Source: an uncultured delta proteobacterium | GTDB lineage: Bacteria; Desulfobacterota; Desulfobacteria; Desulfobacterales; CAVQMW01 | Direction: 5' to 3' | Length of the DNA: 64,000 nt | Assembly (NCBI GenBank): GCA_963713755.1 | Contig: CAVQMW010000005.1 | Location: 1,291,074 to 1,355,073, forward strand | In this document: positions 47,324-58,795 of the stretch, in pieces | How positions within the stretch are numbered: the first letter of the stretch is position 1 | How the letters are laid out: every line of letters starts with the position of its first letter | The notes under the pieces: generated by a model | The model's input: only the letters and a program-made list of their open reading frames with translations | The model's database searches: none | What the model was told of the DNA's origin: nothing | Program-made: the position numbers and the translations under genes

Positions 47324-48016
47324 TTATTGAGGCAACTGGTCCATGTACCACTGCATGGGGTCCAAAAGGGTGAAGCCCAGCTCCACCAGCTTCTTTTTCA
47401 CCGGGCCGATATTCACGGTCAGCAGATAGAGAAAGACCGCGCGTTTGTTTTGGTCCCAGTAGCGGGCCACCAGCACGCTACCGAAAGAGACGTTCATCTC
47501 GGTCACGGCGTCCACAATCCGTTTGAGTTGGCCCACCTTCTCCTCCACCAGCACGCAAATCAACGTGCCGGGCTCGCCGATGCCCAGCACGTTGATAAAT
47601 GCGCGCAACAGATCCCGCACCGAGACAATTCCCTTGAGGTGGTTGTGGTCGTCCACCACCGGCAGCGCCCCCACCTTGCTGCGCTGGATCAGCAGCAGGG
47701 CGTCCTGTATGGTGTCCATGGGGGATATTTTGATCAGATCGGTGGACATGATCTCCGCCACGGTCATGCGGGCCACCTTTTCCCGCTGGCGGACGCTCTC
47801 CGGGTCGTGCAGCGCGCGGGTGGGATCGGCCACCAGTTGGTAGGGCATGACGCTGCGGATGTCCCGGTCGGTGATCATGCCGATGAGCTGATCATCGCTT
47901 CCGACCACCGGTATATGGCGGATGTTGTGCTGAGCCAGCAGCGCCTGGGCCTCGCCCACGGGGGCATCTTTGCCGATGGTGATAACCTTGCGGGTCATGG
48001 TGTTTTCAATGAACAT
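47324..48016 (-). CDS. CBS-pair plus ACT-like domain protein (AcuB-like)
   Basis: MTRKVITI..IRHIPVV.. and a second CBS domain with VGALPVVD. Confidence 0.8.
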   Translation of the reverse strand: MFIENTMTRKVITIGKDAPVGEAQALLAQHNIRHIPVVGSDDQLIGMITDRDIRSVMPYQLVADPTRALHDPESVRQREKVARMTVAEIMSTDLIKISPMDTIQDALLLIQRSKVGALPVVDDHNHLKGIVSVRDLLRAFINVLGIGEPGTLICVLVEEKVGQLKRIVDAVTEMNVSFGSVLVARYWDQNKRAVFLYLLTVNIGPVKKKLVELGFTLLDPMQWYMDQLPQ

Positions 48017-48032
48017 GATGAGATGCTCCTGG

Positions 48033-48983
48033 TTAGCCGGTTAACAGGATGGAAACATGGTTGTGGGCCAATTCCGGAAGGCGCGGCAGGCAGTAACCGC
48101 CCTCCAGAATCGAAACAATTCGTCCCCGGGCGAGGGCCTCGGCAGCGGTCATAATGTGTCGCATGACCATGGAGTATCCCGCCGTGGTCAGGCTGACCCC
48201 GGACATGTCGTCGTCTTCGTGGGCATCAAAGCCCGTTGAAGCCAGAATCACCTCGGGCTTGAACTTGTCGAAGGTGGGCAGAAAGTCCTCCTCCATGTGA
48301 GCCTGGTAATCGTCGTCGCTCTGGCCCGGCAAGATGGGGATATTGCGGGTAAAACCCAGGCCCGCCCCGCGCCCCTCTTCAAAGTGGCGCCCCGTACCGG
48401 GAAATGCAAAGCTGGGATGCTCGTGGATGGAGTAGTAAAACACCCGGGGGTCGTCTTCAAAAATATGCTGGGTGCCGTTGCCGTGGTGCACATCGAAATC
48501 GATGATTCCCACCCGCTTGATGTTCCATTCGCTGAGCAGATAGTTGGCGGCAATGGCGATGTTGTTGAAGTAGCAAAAGCCCATGGCCTCCGCTCTTTCG
48601 GCGTGATGGCCCGGGGGCCGCACCGCGCAAAAGGCGTTGTCCAGTTCGCCGGCCATGACCTGGCGCACCGCCTCGATCACACCCCCCGCGGCCAGCTGGG
48701 CGGCACTGAAGGTATCGAAACACATCTGGTTGTCGGGATGTAGGAAGGTGGTGCGGCCCGAGACGCAGGCGCCTTCGAAGCGGGTGATGTACTCGCGCTC
48801 GTGGATCGCCTCAATATATTTGAAATCGGCCAGGCATCCCTTGAGAGGAGCCAATTTCTCCAACAGCCCGTTTTGCGAGATGCCCTGATGAATGGCGTTT
48901 AACCGTTGCGGCATCTCCGGATGATACTTGCCGGTGTCGTGAAGCAGATACCGGTCGTCATGTAAATATCCCGTGCGATTCAT
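48033..48983 (-). CDS. Zn-dependent histone deacetylase family protein (AcuC/HDAC-like)
   Basis: RPPGHHAE, DFDVHHGNGTQ and GGY motifs. Confidence 0.9.
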   Translation of the reverse strand: MNRTGYLHDDRYLLHDTGKYHPEMPQRLNAIHQGISQNGLLEKLAPLKGCLADFKYIEAIHEREYITRFEGACVSGRTTFLHPDNQMCFDTFSAAQLAAGGVIEAVRQVMAGELDNAFCAVRPPGHHAERAEAMGFCYFNNIAIAANYLLSEWNIKRVGIIDFDVHHGNGTQHIFEDDPRVFYYSIHEHPSFAFPGTGRHFEEGRGAGLGFTRNIPILPGQSDDDYQAHMEEDFLPTFDKFKPEVILASTGFDAHEDDDMSGVSLTTAGYSMVMRHIMTAAEALARGRIVSILEGGYCLPRLPELAHNHVSILLTG

Positions 48984-49024
48984 TCGCCACCATCCTCTTG
49001 GGGTTTTGGGTCGCGGCGCGGCGG

Positions 49025-49783
49025 TCAGGGTATGATTTGCGCAAAAATATCAAAGGCGGCCTTGACCGCCGGGTTCGATTCGTCAATCTCCATTGTGGGC
49101 CGGCCCTTGAGATCATACTCGTACACGGCGGCATCTTCAGGAACGGTGCCGGCCAGGGGCAAGCCGTTTTTCCCGATCACCTCGTTGATGATGGCCGTCA
49201 TATCCTCTTTGACCTGGTTAACCACCAGGAATGTGCGTTCCACGCCGATATTGAGGCTCTTGGCCAGGGCGTCGATGCGCGTGGCGGCCTGCAAGCCGCG
49301 CCGGGAGGTGTCGGCCACGATGAGCAGCACGTCCACGTTGCTGGTGGTCAAGCGGCTGATATGCTCCATGCCGGCCTCGTTGTCCATAACGATATAGGGA
49401 TAGTTTTTTGCCAGCCGCTCCAGAAGATTGGTCAGCAAGGTATTGGCGGCGCAGTAGCAGCCCGCCCCCTCGGGTTGGCCCATCACCAGCAGGTCGTAGC
49501 CGTCGGCCTCGATGACCGCCTGCTCCATACGCATGGACATAAAGATATCCTTGGTCATGCCGTTGGGCACCTTACCCTTCTTCATGTCCTCCCGGGCGTC
49601 ACCCAGGGTATCGGTGACTTTCAGGCCCAGCACCTCGTTAAAGTTGGCGTTGCTGTCCGCATCCACGGCCAGCACCGGGGTTTTCTGGGTTTTCAGCAGG
49701 TATTTGACCAGCAAGCCGGCCATGGTGGTTTTGCCGCAGCCGCCCTTGCCGGCCAGGGCGATGGTGAATCGTGTTTGGCTCAT
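49025..49783 (-). CDS. cooC: CooC/AcsF-type Ni-insertion ATPase (CODH maturation factor)
   Basis: Walker A GKGGCGKTT and the CxC metal motif GAGCYCAAN. Overall MinD/CooC layout. Confidence 0.85.
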   Translation of the reverse strand: MSQTRFTIALAGKGGCGKTTMAGLLVKYLLKTQKTPVLAVDADSNANFNEVLGLKVTDTLGDAREDMKKGKVPNGMTKDIFMSMRMEQAVIEADGYDLLVMGQPEGAGCYCAANTLLTNLLERLAKNYPYIVMDNEAGMEHISRLTTSNVDVLLIVADTSRRGLQAATRIDALAKSLNIGVERTFLVVNQVKEDMTAIINEVIGKNGLPLAGTVPEDAAVYEYDLKGRPTMEIDESNPAVKAAFDIFAQIIP

Positions 49784-50056
49784 GTTTGAATCCTGTTCGG
49801 GTTAGATCCTGTTCATCAATCAGGAATGAACGAATTAAGTCAATGTGGGGCAACCCCCCGTGGCGTTGCGGATGGTTCTTGCGAGCACTGTCCCGCGGGC
49901 CCTAAATTGCAGGGGCATTATCCCCGATTATAGACGAAAGCCATTATTAGCATATTTTAATTGCCACTGTCACCCACCGGATTGGCGGCGGCGGGTCAAG
50001 CATTTTTAAGATAGGGCCGGTCAAAAACGGCATTGGGCGCGGTCGTTTGGAGGGAG

Positions 50057-50102
50057 AAATCCCCCTAGCCCCCTTTGGAAAAGGGGGGCCGGGGGGGGAT
50101 TT
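50057..50102. repeat. nested palindromic repeat (AAATCCCCC..GGGGGGATTT family)
   Basis: aaatccccctagccccctttggaaaaggggggccggggggggattt. Related CCCC..AAAGGGG units occur at 22490-22545 and 22700-22730. Confidence 0.5.
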
Positions 50103-50484
50103 AACCTCTCAATGCCGGCTGCAAGGAACAGATCCATGTTTAGGCTGGCTTTCCAAAGCCCCTCCTGGGTCGCATTGGCGGCCGCCGATCCGCCGACTGT
50201 TTCAGGTTACGGGCCTATCCCACTCAGGCCGGTTGCCGGGACCCGCGGCGCTCGGTTTCCCGCCGCCAAACGCCTTGCGCGGGATGGGGGCCTATGGTAG
50301 GTCATCTATGTTTTAAACCATCGAGGATCATCCATACACGCATCAGGGATAAATCCATGGGGGCCCAGCCCCAAGGCATCCCGCCGATTTCAAGACCCAG
50401 GCTCAACTTTTCGGATTTTAAAATTCAGGAGAAAAACCGGCCCATCGGCCCCCGGGGCGCAATCCGAGGGGTGAGGAACAGGAT

Positions 50485-52182
50485 ATGCCGAGTATACGCA
50501 AAATCGGGATTATCGGGCGCACTTACCGGCATTTGAACCGCTACCGGCGAATTCTGGCGGTGCTCTTCAAGTATGGCTTCGGCGATCTGGTGGAGCACCT
50601 CAAGATCGACCAGTATATCGAGGTGGGCATGCAGCTCATCACCCGCTCCCGGGGCGATCGCATCGAGCGCTTATCCCGTGGTGAGCGGCTGCGCCTGGCC
50701 CTGGAGGAGTTGGGCCCCACTTTTATCAAGCTGGGCCAGATCCTCTCCACCCGCCCCGACCTGATTCCCATGGAGTGGGTACTTGAGCTGGCCAAGCTTC
50801 AGGATAAAGTGCCCTCCTGCGAATTTTCGGATGTCCAACGCATCGTGGAAAGTGAACTGGGGTGCCCCCTGGATGAGGTTTTCGCCCGCTTTGAGACCAA
50901 GCCCCTGGCCTCGGCCTCCATCGGCCAGGTTCATCGGGCGGAACTGATGGACGGCGAGGCCGTGGCGGTCAAGGTCCAGCGGCCCGGCATCGGCAAGATC
51001 ATCGAGGTGGACCTGGAAATCATGCTCCATTTGGCCACCCTCATGGAGCACCATGTGGACGAGATGGCCCTCCATCGGCCGGTGAAAATCGTGGAGGAGT
51101 TCGCCCGCAGCCTGGAAAAGGAGATCGACTATACCACCGAGGCGGCCAGTATGGAGCGTGTGGCCGCCGAGTTTCTGGATGATGCCACCCTTTACATTCC
51201 CAAGGTGTTTAAAGAGGCCTGTTCCCGGCGGGTTTTGACCTGCGAGTATGTGGAAGGCATTAAAATATCGGAACTGGACCAGCTCTCGGCGGCCGGCCTG
51301 GATCGTCGGCGCATCATCCGCCGGGGAGCGGCCATCTATCTCAAACAGATTTTCGAGCATGGGTTTTTCCACGCCGATCCCCATCCCGGCAATATTTTCG
51401 TCCTGCCCGGGGATGTGATCTGCCTGTTTGATTTCGGCATGACCGGCTCGGTGGACCGTCGCACCCGGGAAGATTTTGTGGACCTGGTGGACAGTGTGGT
51501 CCAGCGGGACGCAGGCCGCACCACCCGGGTGCTGTTGGAATTGGCGCTCTGGGAGGATGAGCCCGACAAGCGCCGGCTGGAGCGGGACGTGGCCGATTTT
51601 ACCGGCCGGCATCTTTACAAGCCCTTAGGAGAGATCGAAATCGCCCGGGTGCTGCACGAGATGCTGGAGCTCGCCGCCCGGCACCGCATGCGCATCCCCC
51701 CGGATATCTTTCTGATGATGAAAGCCTTGAGCACCATCGAGGGTGTGGCGCGCATGCTCGATCCTGAGTTCCAGATGATCAGCTTTGCGGCTCCCTTTAT
51801 CAATCAGGTCAAGCTGGCGCGCTATGCCCCCCAGCGCATGGCCGGGGATCTGATGCAGTTCGCCGACGAGTTGCTGCGCTTCATCAACCAGTTTCCCAAG
51901 GATTTGGCGGCCATCACCCGGCAGCTCAAAGAGCAGCGCCTCAATTTGCGGGTGGAGCACCAGGGACTGCCCCGGATTCTGGCCACCCAGGACCAGACCA
52001 GCAATCGCATGGCCTTTGCGGTGGTGATCGCCGCCCTGATCATCGGCTCGGCCCTGATCGTGATTTCCGAGACGCCGCCGCTCTTTCACGGGATCTCCCT
52101 GATCGGGATCATCGGCTTTTTTGCCGCGGCGATCATGGGCATCTGGCTGCTGCTGGCCATCCTGCGGGGCGGACGATTGTAG
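50485..52182 (+). CDS. ABC1/UbiB-family atypical kinase
   Basis: LGPTFIKLGQILSTRPDLIP, ASIGQVHRA, FFHADPHPGNIF and two C-terminal TM segments. Confidence 0.9.
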   Translation: MPSIRKIGIIGRTYRHLNRYRRILAVLFKYGFGDLVEHLKIDQYIEVGMQLITRSRGDRIERLSRGERLRLALEELGPTFIKLGQILSTRPDLIPMEWVLELAKLQDKVPSCEFSDVQRIVESELGCPLDEVFARFETKPLASASIGQVHRAELMDGEAVAVKVQRPGIGKIIEVDLEIMLHLATLMEHHVDEMALHRPVKIVEEFARSLEKEIDYTTEAASMERVAAEFLDDATLYIPKVFKEACSRRVLTCEYVEGIKISELDQLSAAGLDRRRIIRRGAAIYLKQIFEHGFFHADPHPGNIFVLPGDVICLFDFGMTGSVDRRTREDFVDLVDSVVQRDAGRTTRVLLELALWEDEPDKRRLERDVADFTGRHLYKPLGEIEIARVLHEMLELAARHRMRIPPDIFLMMKALSTIEGVARMLDPEFQMISFAAPFINQVKLARYAPQRMAGDLMQFADELLRFINQFPKDLAAITRQLKEQRLNLRVEHQGLPRILATQDQTSNRMAFAVVIAALIIGSALIVISETPPLFHGISLIGIIGFFAAAIMGIWLLLAILRGGRL

Positions 52183-52223
52183 CCGGGCGACCCCAAACCT
52201 TCAGCGCGAACCTTGAATTTTCA

Positions 52224-52781
52224 ATGCCGCAACTCAGCCACATTAGTTTGATCGGTATGCCCGGGGCCGGCAAAAGCACCGTGGGCGTGCTGCTGGCCAA
52301 GCGGCTGCGGATGGCCTTCGTGGATAGCGACATCGAACTTCAGGCCCGTGAAGGGCTGAGCCTGGCCGATATGATCGCCCAGCGGGGATTGATGCAGTTT
52401 CGCGCCCTGGAAGAGGACTTTGTCGTCAGCCACCCCTTTCCGCGGGCGGTGATCGCCACCGGGGGCAGTGTGGTGTACGGCTCTAGGGCCATGGCGCGGC
52501 TCAAAGCCCTGGGGCCGGTGATCTATCTCAGCGCCCGCATGGCCACCCTAAAGCGTCGCCTGGGGGACCTTGACGCCCGGGGCGTGGTCCGGGAGGCCAA
52601 CCAGACCCTGGCCGATCTTTTGGACCAGCGCAGCCCCTTGTACCGCCGCTGGGCCGATGTAACCCTTGAAACCGACGGCCTTTCCGCCGAGGCGGTCACC
52701 CTCGCCGTGGGCGCGGTGCTGTTATCTCCGGCGGGGCCATATGGGGTTCCGACAGGACCGGATGGGGTGGGATTTGCTTAA
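52224..52781 (+). CDS. aroK: shikimate kinase
   Basis: [27 protein letters not shown]. Confidence 0.9.
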   Translation: MPQLSHISLIGMPGAGKSTVGVLLAKRLRMAFVDSDIELQAREGLSLADMIAQRGLMQFRALEEDFVVSHPFPRAVIATGGSVVYGSRAMARLKALGPVIYLSARMATLKRRLGDLDARGVVREANQTLADLLDQRSPLYRRWADVTLETDGLSAEAVTLAVGAVLLSPAGPYGVPTGPDGVGFA

Positions 52782-52828
52782 AAAGCTTAGAATACTCGTA
52801 TAAGCGGAAAGGGAAACACGCGTTATCC

Positions 52829-54355
<1,527 letters not shown>

Positions 54356-54614
54356 CCCCTTTGCCGGTCCTTCAGCAAACCCAATGGCCGGCCGGCCGAG
54401 CTCAAGCTCCTTTAAAACCTGCTTCCGTCGGCCGCCTTAACCGCCAGTACGGGGTATCGCACGAAACCGCCCATCGGCAGGGACACGAACCTGCTGGCTT
54501 CACATTAAAATCCAAATAGGATAAAAACGGCTTAGTCCAACGAGAATTATGTTTTGGCTTCGCAAAACATCAATTCCTTATTCGTTATGCGCCAAATAAC
54601 ACAGGATGAACAAA

Positions 54615-54872
54615 ATGCCGACTATACTGGTGATTTTAGGCTGGAGGCTGTTTTTTTATGCAAATGAAGGCAATGAACCAATTCATGTGCATTGTCGCAA
54701 AGGTGATATGGAATGCAAATATTGGTTAAATCAAGAAAACTTTGATCTTGATGAGGCTTTTGCGTATAATATGTCACCAAGGGATAAAAGGCAGATCCGA
54801 AAAATTATTTATGAACATTTTGAATATATTGAGCAACAATGGGATGAATTTCAACGGAGACGCCAGCAATGA
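54615..54872 (+). CDS. DUF4160-family small protein
   Basis: MPTILVILGWRLFFYANEGNEPIHVHCRKGDMECKYWL, in an AT-rich context. The stop overlaps the next ATG (ATGA). Confidence 0.7.
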   Translation: MPTILVILGWRLFFYANEGNEPIHVHCRKGDMECKYWLNQENFDLDEAFAYNMSPRDKRQIRKIIYEHFEYIEQQWDEFQRRRQQ

Positions 54873-55138
54873 AAAACTACCATGATATCAGCGATCTTAA
54901 ATTTGAGGATGGCTTCCTGGTCATCAACATTGATGGGGAACCGAAAAGATTTCAATTAAAGAAAATATCACCTGTACTTGAGAAAGCTTCGAAGGAAGAA
55001 AGGAATAATTTTGAAATCTCTCCTTCAGGCTATGGAATACATTGGCCTTTGTTGGATGAAGATATTTCCATAGATGGTATGCTTGGGATCGTTCATGCTC
55101 CTCAGTCTACTATTTGCTGTATTCACTGTTCGAAATGA
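54869..55138 (+). CDS. DUF2442-family small protein
   Basis: ISPSGYGIHWPLLDEDISIDGML block. Coupled to the DUF4160 gene. Confidence 0.7.
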   Translation: MKNYHDISDLKFEDGFLVINIDGEPKRFQLKKISPVLEKASKEERNNFEISPSGYGIHWPLLDEDISIDGMLGIVHAPQSTICCIHCSK

Positions 55139-55199
55139 TAAAATTAGAATCATTTCAGCACGGGACATGACAGTCCCGGAGATGGAGAGATATCAGAAC
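55116..55199 (+). pseudogene. C-terminal remnant of a BrnT-like toxin
   Basis: An alternative frame reads AVFTVRNDKIRIISARDMTVPEMERYQN. This resembles BrnT-family C-termini (..IRIISARKAT..ER..Y). The N-terminal two thirds of the protein are missing. Confidence 0.4.
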
Positions 55200-55246
55200 C
55201 ATTCGCTGTTAAAAATATTCCTTCCAGACAAGGCGTTTCAGGATAA

Positions 55247-57463
55247 TCATTTTTGAAATAGATTTTTCAACGTATTCTTCAGCGCATCCCCCACCTGCGG
55301 GTCCACCTTCTCTTTCAGTGTTTGATCAATTTTCTCCTCGATTTTTTTACCGGCTTTGGCCTTGGCCTGTTCGGTGAGTACCGCCCGGAGATCCAGGCTA
55401 TATTGCGGGTCGTCAAATGATCCGGTGACCGAGATGGGGATGGGGATGCCCTTGAGTTCCGCCAGCTCTTTTCCCCCCTGGCCTTCCAGGCTGCCCACCA
55501 GAGTGGTTTTGAGCCGGTAATCCAGGGTTTCGCTGACCAGATCGGCGGTTCCCTGGCCGGCAATGCGCAGCAAGGGCGATTTGGCGCTGAGGTCCTGGTT
55601 CTCAATCAGCCCATTGACGATCCGCAGGGTCCCTTTGAGCTCTGAAAAGTCGGTTTGCGGCATGGCACCCCCGGAGACGGCTTGACCGGAGAGCGCGGCC
55701 TGGGCTGTGCGAATGAGCTGGGCCAGGTTGATGCCTTTGACTGCGCCGTCGGCAAAGGTGAAAGCAGCCTGGCCATTGAGGCTTTGTTTGATGGCCGCGG
55801 GGGTAAGGCCCTGGGCTTTGAGCTCCGCGCTGATGGCCGTCACCCCGCTGAGCCGCTCTTTGCCGGTGAGGGCGGTCAGGAGCGGGCCGGCCTGGAGGCC
55901 TTGAATCGCGGGGCTTACCTCGATCCGGGCTTGGGGGCCGCTCACATCCAAGGCCGCCCGGGTGGTGAGCTGGCCTTCAAACAGGCTGGCCGCAAGGGGA
56001 TCCAGCGCCAGGCGGCCCTTTGCACCGCTCACGGTGAGGGCGAGGGGTTCCATGGGGATCCGGACGACCTTCAGCCTGCCGATGCGCAGTTCACCGTTCA
56101 GGGTCAGGGATCTTAACAATTCCAGGGGAAGTTCCGGCTCGGCGCTTGGGTCGGCCGGCGATAATTGCACTTCCTGGCCGGCCGGCGGCGCCGGTGCGGT
56201 GGATCCGCTACCGGCCGAAGGCTGATCCGCGGGGGCGGATTCGGATCCAGGTTCGGATTTGGGGGGCAGGTAACGGTCCAGGTCGATCTGGTCCAGATCG
56301 GCGCTGAAGCGGATTTGAGGGGCATTGAATTGACTGACCTGCAGGGTGCCGCTCAGGGTGCTCTCGTCCAGGACCAGGTTGAACTCCTCCAGCGTCAGCT
56401 GCTCAGGGCCATAATCCAGGGTGAGTTTGGCCGCGGCCGAGGTCAGAGCCGCGCTGTCGGCCATGGGCGGCAGTTTTAAGCCCAGTTTTTGGGATAGCTG
56501 CTTGAGATCAAAGGGCGCGGCCGCCAAACGGCCAGAAAATTTGGGCAGGGCGGCGATATCGCGGCCCTGAAGCTCCCCTTCCACAGTCAGTACCTGGGGC
56601 CATTGGAGGGTCAGGGCTTTGACCTCCAGGGACTGGGTCAGGCCGTTGAGCGCCACATCGGCCGTGAGGCTGGCCTCGATGCCGGGAGGGGGCAGCGCCG
56701 GTCCTTCCATCCGCACATCGATCTTCAGATCGGGAAAGCTGTAGCGCACGCGGCGGCTGTCGTGATTGAGGTTTCCCGCCAATTGAACCTGACCCTGAAG
56801 GGCGGGCTGGGAACTGGATACATGAACCCCGAGGGTCAGGGGTATGGGCCGGCCCTGCTCGATAATTCCAGTGGTGAGGTCGAGATCCTCGATGGCGTAT
56901 TTGCGTTGGGTTTGCTGGTCATCCCAGGTAATCCGGGCATCCTTGACCTCCAGCCCCCCGATGGTCACCGCGTTGATGGGGAGCGGTGGAGCCTGTTCGG
57001 TCTGGGGGGCGGGGGGCGCCGGGCCGGATGTGGACTGAGGTTTGGGGCCTGGCAGGCGGGACTTGACCAAGTCGTCCCAGTTGGTGACGCCCTTGGCGTT
57101 GCGGGCCAGATTGAGCACCAGGCCCTCCAGCAGAATACGGTCAACCTCAACGGTTTTCGATAAGAGGGGCATCACCTTGATCCGCACCTGAGCGCTGCCG
57201 ATGCGGGCAAAGGGCTCGGGTCCGAACCCCTCGGCATTGCCCAGCACACCCCCGCCGATACTTGCCCCCACCCAGGGAAACAGCGAGAGTTCGATGGGGC
57301 CTGAAAGGCTGAACTCCCGGCCCGTCTGCTGCTTAATCCGGGCAGCCAGTTGGTCTTTGTAGTCATTGGGGTCGAACATGCGCGGGATGATCACAATGGC
57401 CGCGACAATCAGAACCACAACTAAAATGAGCAGGCCCGCCATGAGTTTCAACACTGTTTTCAT
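55247..57463 (-). CDS. AsmA-family outer-membrane biogenesis protein
   Basis: N-terminal anchor MKTVLKLMAGLLILVVVLIVAAIVIIP, the AsmA N-terminal block FDPNDYKDQLAARIKQQTGRE and the C-terminal AsmA_2-like region. Confidence 0.85.
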   Translation of the reverse strand: MKTVLKLMAGLLILVVVLIVAAIVIIPRMFDPNDYKDQLAARIKQQTGREFSLSGPIELSLFPWVGASIGGGVLGNAEGFGPEPFARIGSAQVRIKVMPLLSKTVEVDRILLEGLVLNLARNAKGVTNWDDLVKSRLPGPKPQSTSGPAPPAPQTEQAPPLPINAVTIGGLEVKDARITWDDQQTQRKYAIEDLDLTTGIIEQGRPIPLTLGVHVSSSQPALQGQVQLAGNLNHDSRRVRYSFPDLKIDVRMEGPALPPPGIEASLTADVALNGLTQSLEVKALTLQWPQVLTVEGELQGRDIAALPKFSGRLAAAPFDLKQLSQKLGLKLPPMADSAALTSAAAKLTLDYGPEQLTLEEFNLVLDESTLSGTLQVSQFNAPQIRFSADLDQIDLDRYLPPKSEPGSESAPADQPSAGSGSTAPAPPAGQEVQLSPADPSAEPELPLELLRSLTLNGELRIGRLKVVRIPMEPLALTVSGAKGRLALDPLAASLFEGQLTTRAALDVSGPQARIEVSPAIQGLQAGPLLTALTGKERLSGVTAISAELKAQGLTPAAIKQSLNGQAAFTFADGAVKGINLAQLIRTAQAALSGQAVSGGAMPQTDFSELKGTLRIVNGLIENQDLSAKSPLLRIAGQGTADLVSETLDYRLKTTLVGSLEGQGGKELAELKGIPIPISVTGSFDDPQYSLDLRAVLTEQAKAKAGKKIEEKIDQTLKEKVDPQVGDALKNTLKNLFQK

Positions 57464-57539
57464 ATTGATTTCCTAATTCCTCGAATAAGTTGAGATCTAA
57501 GCCCTTTACGGTGATCCATGGCCGGGAGGATGGCCACGC

Positions 57540-58385
57540 TTATTGCTCAGCCACTTGCGCCTGGCCGCCGCTCAACACCACCTGCCCCAGTTGATTGAGA
57601 GTTTGAATGGTGTAGCGTCCCGGTGCGCGCTGCCAGCCCTGGATGGTGAGCCGATCCCCGGGAAACACCGCCCGTTTGAACCGGGCGCTGAAGGATAGGA
57701 AGCGCGCGGGATCACTGGCGCAGAGGGTGTGCAGGATGGCCCTTCCGGTAAACCCGTAGGTGCACAGGCCATGGAGAATGGGCCTTTCAAAGCCGCAGGC
57801 CCGGGCAAAACCGGGGTCGATGTGCAGTGGGTTTTTGTCACCGCTAAGGCGGTACAGGGCGGCTTGGGTGAGAGAGGTGGGGTAGCTGACTTCAAAATCG
57901 GGGGCGGTTTCGGCGGGCGGTTTGATCACCTCCGGCCGCGGCCCGCGCTCGCCTCCGAAATTACCGGCGGTGCGGTCGATCACCAATGCGCGATTTTCGT
58001 AGATGAGCTTGCCCGCCCCATCCCGGGTTTCCAAGGTGATCTGCAAAAAGGCCCCTTTATCGCCTTTGTCATAGACCGCGTCCCAACGCAGGCCGCAGTA
58101 AAGGGTGGCCTCCGGCGGAATGGGGCCATGCATGCGGATCTGCTGCTCGCCATGGATGGCGCCCAGCAGGTTGAGGTTCACCTGGGGCGCAAATTGTTCG
58201 AAAAATATGGGGAAAAAAGGGATGGTGGCAAAGGTGGGAAAGACCTTCAGCGTTTTTTCGTAGATGAAATCCAACTCATCCTCGCCGGCGCCGATGCCCA
58301 GGGCATAGAGGATCACCTGATCTTTGGTGTGGGGCGTGGCCACGGGGTCCATCTCCCGGCCCAGCATATCGAAATTTAAAGCCAT
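57540..58385 (-). CDS. MaoC-family double hot-dog (R)-hydratase/dehydratase
   Basis: YRLSGDKNPLHIDPGFA..ILHGLCTYG. Start trimmed to ATG 58385 (GGGAGG upstream). Confidence 0.85.
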   Translation of the reverse strand: MALNFDMLGREMDPVATPHTKDQVILYALGIGAGEDELDFIYEKTLKVFPTFATIPFFPIFFEQFAPQVNLNLLGAIHGEQQIRMHGPIPPEATLYCGLRWDAVYDKGDKGAFLQITLETRDGAGKLIYENRALVIDRTAGNFGGERGPRPEVIKPPAETAPDFEVSYPTSLTQAALYRLSGDKNPLHIDPGFARACGFERPILHGLCTYGFTGRAILHTLCASDPARFLSFSARFKRAVFPGDRLTIQGWQRAPGRYTIQTLNQLGQVVLSGGQAQVAEQ

Positions 58386-58795
58386 TCTGACCTCCCTCGG
58401 GGAGTTTGTCTCATGCCAACGCAACCCGGGTGTCCGCGCGCGCCGGCGTTTGAATGAGCCATACCTTGAGCGGCTGGAATTAGGCAAGCGCTTTTCATTT
58501 TGATTCCGAACCTTCCTGTCGCGATGCCAAGCGAAAACTTACCCGGGCACAATCCTTCCGATTGAGACGCAGTCATTGATTGGGGCGCCTTTGCTTGGGG
58601 CGGATCTGGAGGCGTTGACCTGGATTTTTTGAACTGAGGATCCTGAGAGAGACGGGCGGGAAGGGTGGGGCGTGAGCGCCAACGAACCTGCGGCATGGCG
58701 ATCCGCTGACGCTCCGGAACTGCGCCGTTGCGGCTCCGCCCCGGTCCGGGAGATGGGGCCGGCCGAAAGCCCAAGCGCTTTCGGCCGGTAGGGAT

